Below are positions 48,952 to 52,227 of a stretch of 52,227 nucleotides of DNA, piece after piece. Made by a program: the position numbers and the translations under genes. Origin of the DNA: Macrostomum lignano (taxonomy: Eukaryota). The notes under the pieces are model-generated. The model was not told where the DNA came from, did no database searches, and was given only the letters and a program-made list of their open reading frames with translations. Location of the stretch: NCBI GenBank assembly GCA_002269645.1, contig NIVC01001455.1, forward strand, positions 1-52,227, written 5' to 3'. How positions within the stretch are numbered: position 1 is the stretch's first letter; every line of letters starts with the position of its first letter.

Positions 48952-50924
48952 GTAAAATATCCTTCATCCTGAAATTCGTTTACCGGCTCGTTGCTTCTTG
49001 CTGGCCATTTCAATTTTTCACTCAAAATTTGTCTCGTACTGCCGATTCCAATCGACGCAAAGGATCTCCAACAGCGAACTAATTGTTTCCTCGAGCTCGT
49101 TCGTCTCGTCCGCATTTTTTCTACTTGTTCTGCAATCGCTCAGCTCTGCTGAGCCGCCTTCTTGCTGTGCCGCCTCGAAATTCACTTCATTGTCAGACTG
49201 CATTTCGACAATCATAACCTTCTACTTGATGAGCATAACCATCTTCAGGCAGATGTAGCAACGCATCATTATTCATTGAAACCTGATACTGTCTAAAGTA
49301 CTTGTTGTTTGCCATTAAATAGCGCATCGCATTAGTCACTTTGTCGCGTCGAACTCGCAAATTGTTCATTGTGCCGCTTTGCGCTCTCTCCAGGCTGAAC
49401 ACGGGCTCTTTCGTCGTACATTAAAACAACTGGCAGAGATCGTCTTGGCAGCTCTCGCAAAGTGCGACTGATCTTGAGGCAACATGATTCCGTGTCCTCT
49501 CGATTTTGTTTGCTTTTGGGGAAAAATTTGTACCACAACAAATAACCGACAAAACTGGCGAAATCAACATTTGCTCTGCTACACTCAAATCTTGCAAATC
49601 TTCTGGCTGCTCCAACATCGGAATCGGCATTGTTTTCTTGGCTAAACGATTTCGGCTCATTGTCATCTCTGAAACAACGATCGCACATGTCTTCAGAATC
49701 GATGCTAAAATATTTTCCAGGAAACTTTTCCCTACACACGTAGCACTGTTTCAAATGTGATACTTTTGTTATGTTTTCATTGAAAAAGTCTTGCCTCATC
49801 TTTTGAACTGGTCTGTGAACGGATTGCGAAGGCACTTTGGCAGATTAGGATCTCCGATTTCATCTTCAACAATTGGAGCATCTTGAGCGCTCTCTTCTGA
49901 AGTGCTGCTCTGCGGAACATTTCTTTAGCTGGCTGCTGCTCCATTGTAGGCCGCTTTCTGGGTGACGAACGGATCGCTTCATCAGGCTTCTCCTGAGTAG
50001 CACGTGTCTTTCGTGGTGATGAATACGTAGAAGTAGCTGGAATATTATCAGACTGACGTTTATCTTGCTGCTCCTGCTGCAAAGGTGCCGTCGTCTTCCT
50101 AGGCGACGATCGAACGGGTTCGCAGATATGATTTTCTGCGTTTGTCAATCTCTGTTTCCGTGGTAAAGAATTTGCATAGTTGACCACTTGCTGCTGGTTT
50201 TTCAAACGCTCGCTGCGACGAGTAGGAGCACTTGGTACAACGTCGCTCTTCTTTTCTCGACCTCTTCCTTTTTCCAAATGGCAAGAAACGCTTGAAAACC
50301 GCCGAAACTGAGTCGCCACACCGATGCAACTGCAACATGGTGCTCTCCGAGTGCGACTGCTTCTTCTCAATAAGCTCTGACCAGATACACTAGAGGCTGC
50401 AACAGACACAGACTCTAATGTGTTTGCTTTAGCGCTCAGTCGACTACTCCGACGCGTAGCGCAACTTGCCTTCCCAACATCCTTTTTACGCGCGACTGCG
50501 CCGCGGAACATTTGATGGCACGGACTCTGACACACGATCATTTTAACTGACTCTGACACATGCTCAATTTCAACCTGACTTCTGCGCTATCCTCCGCGTC
50601 AAGATCGACATTCCAATTCCAGACAGAGTTTTCCGATCCGAAGCACTTCATATGAATTCGGATGCGCAAACAAACTCGTATTATTTTCCAAGGACTTTGC
50701 TTGATTTCTACAACGTCGCCTTCCAATGCTACTTTGAACTCGGTCCAGTCTGCAACCTTTTCAAAAGGCGTCATTGGTGAGCTGGAGGTGCATCATTACA
50801 ACAGGATCTTCGACAACATGAACATTCTCGTTGAGAGGGGGCATTTCCACATTCTTGGCGCTCAATCTCCTTGGCCAGTCGGCCGAACTGAGCTTGCTTC
50901 ATTAACTTCCAAACATTGACACGA

Positions 50925-51332
50925 ACGATTTCGTAGTGTTGACTACCAGAGGATTAAACAACAATCGAATAGTAGCCAAACGTTCTCCAATATTCGGTCG
51001 GGAATAATGGCCAGGCCGCGCTAGATTAAGCATGTTTGACTGATAAATAAACACTTCTAGCCGCAACAGTTACCAATTAGTTCTGGAACTCCGCATGGCA
51101 CGTACATACGGGGACGCCTTGTATCGTCGCGCACTTTTTCCCAATTCAGTCCTGTTTGCATAATTCTTTCCTGATTATTGACATCGCGATGCACCCATTG
51201 CTCGAATTCTGCAGCAACCCGCATCTCGAAAATCTTCTACGCTTAGAGATTGATAGCGGAAAAACCTGGCAGTTCTTGTAATTGTCTCAATATGGCCGTG
51301 AAAAAACAGTTGCCGTCACCTCGTACATTCAC
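50925..51332 (-). pseudogene. OTU-like cysteine protease domain (frameshifted; absent from the ORF track)
   Basis: VNVRGDGNCFFTAILRQL (GDGNCFF at 51320-51300) and GSQHYEIV (His codon 50938-50936) at a spacing typical of OTU domains. Confidence 0.8.
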
Positions 51333-51613
51333 GCGACACGCCGAAAAAGGAACCCATACAGGTTGGACTTGTACAGCACAGCATTACATGACCTTGGCGC
51401 AAAATCCATTGCAGTAGGCACCTGTTTCATCTGTAAAAGAATACAACTCTTAAACAGTGAGGTATGATAATTTTAAGGAATTGAGCATTAATTGTATTTT
51501 GCACAAGTCGTAAACACTAAAATCTAATTTTCAATATTCGCAAGCAAAGTCAGATGTAAGAAAGAAATTAACTTGTACTATGCATAGAAATTCAATAAAA
51601 ATAAAACTCTCAC

Positions 51614-51986
51614 CAGACTCAAGTAGCCTATAAGTTGCTCATTGTAAGCAGCACCAGAATTGGGCACTTCAGCATCACCTTCGACCACGGGTATTCCGAA
51701 GCAGCCAGAGCGTCGGCCAGAGCAGCATCATGTTCAGCTAGCAGGGCAGCCAGACCAGCCTTCGTCCAGCTTAATCACAGACTCAGTTTTAGCAGCAGCA
51801 TCAGCAGAAGCACCAGCTTTAGTCCCAGCAGCGGCAATAGAAGAGGCAGCAGCAGCTTCCGGTTGTACATCTGGCTCTTGAATCTGTTCTTTCGCCAGCA
51901 GTTAAATCACCGACAGCAGCAAACTTTAATATTATTCTTGGAGCGGCTCCAGTTTTTCTTCTTCGGCCGTCCGCACTTTTTCGCAC
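51614..51986 (-). other. Probable upstream low-complexity exon of the Helitron ORF (frameshifted)
   Basis: TTTAAACAG acceptor at 51987, GTGAGA donor at 51613 and TTCTTTTACAG acceptor at 51431; Ala/Glu-rich coding-like sequence with GRPKKK in one frame. Confidence 0.45.
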
Positions 51987-52227
51987 CTGTTTAAAGTCAC
52001 AGTAAAAAAGAAATTTATAAATCTACCTATATATATATATATATCTGTCCATCTATTTCGCTCTAGAGCGTGCCATTCTTGATCAATTTTGATAGCGTTT
52101 TTCTAAACTATTGCAGATTTTGCACTGATTATACAGTGGTCAAAATTTCTTAAATCTGCTCAAATTCTAAGGGTGTTAAACATTCGAAAATAGAGTTTCT
52201 ATAATTATTTAATGATCTGTCAAACAA

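Larger units (their letters stand above)
45424..51986 (-). mobile_element. Helitron2/Helentron-like rolling-circle transposon (RepHel with N-terminal OTU), frameshifted as assembled; termini not identified
   Basis: Ordered minus-strand domains: OTU, SPRK linker, CxxC...CxxC plus DUF6570-like segment, Rep (FVTLS, HVH, YLIKY), GARDYSAQE, and PIF1 helicase motifs. Confidence 0.9.

Noticed and set aside
47428-49258. Plus-strand ORFs overlapping the Helitron
   Set aside because: They are antisense shadows of RepHel coding sequence with no motifs.
52130-52160. Tc1-like terminal repeat (TA-CAGTGGTCAAAA)
   Set aside because: Too short, and no partner inverted repeat was found in the window.

Overview
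Eukaryotic (metazoan) genomic DNA. GC-rich, CAG-rich exons separated by minisatellite-filled introns resemble the flatworm Macrostomum; this is inference from style only. Splice models were built by hand from GT/AG sites, phase compatibility and remembered homology. Plus strand: the 3' part of Cullin-3, a six-exon TBC1D5, a four-exon ALG12 and a two-exon class A GPCR. TBC1D5 and ALG12 each carry one in-frame premature stop upstream of conserved sequence. Minus strand: a probable small spliced gene missing from the ORF track (about 31.1-35.4 kb) and a frameshifted Helitron2/Helentron-like element (about 45.4-52 kb) encoding OTU protease, Cys-rich region, HUH Rep and PIF1 helicase. About half the window (roughly 28 kb by approximate boundaries) is 23 tandem arrays with units of 4-118 bp, several with higher-order duplications. 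Also present are a hAT-like MITE shell and a tRNA-Glu-derived fragment. No prokaryotic features or CRISPR arrays. Array boundaries are approximate and no database searches were run.
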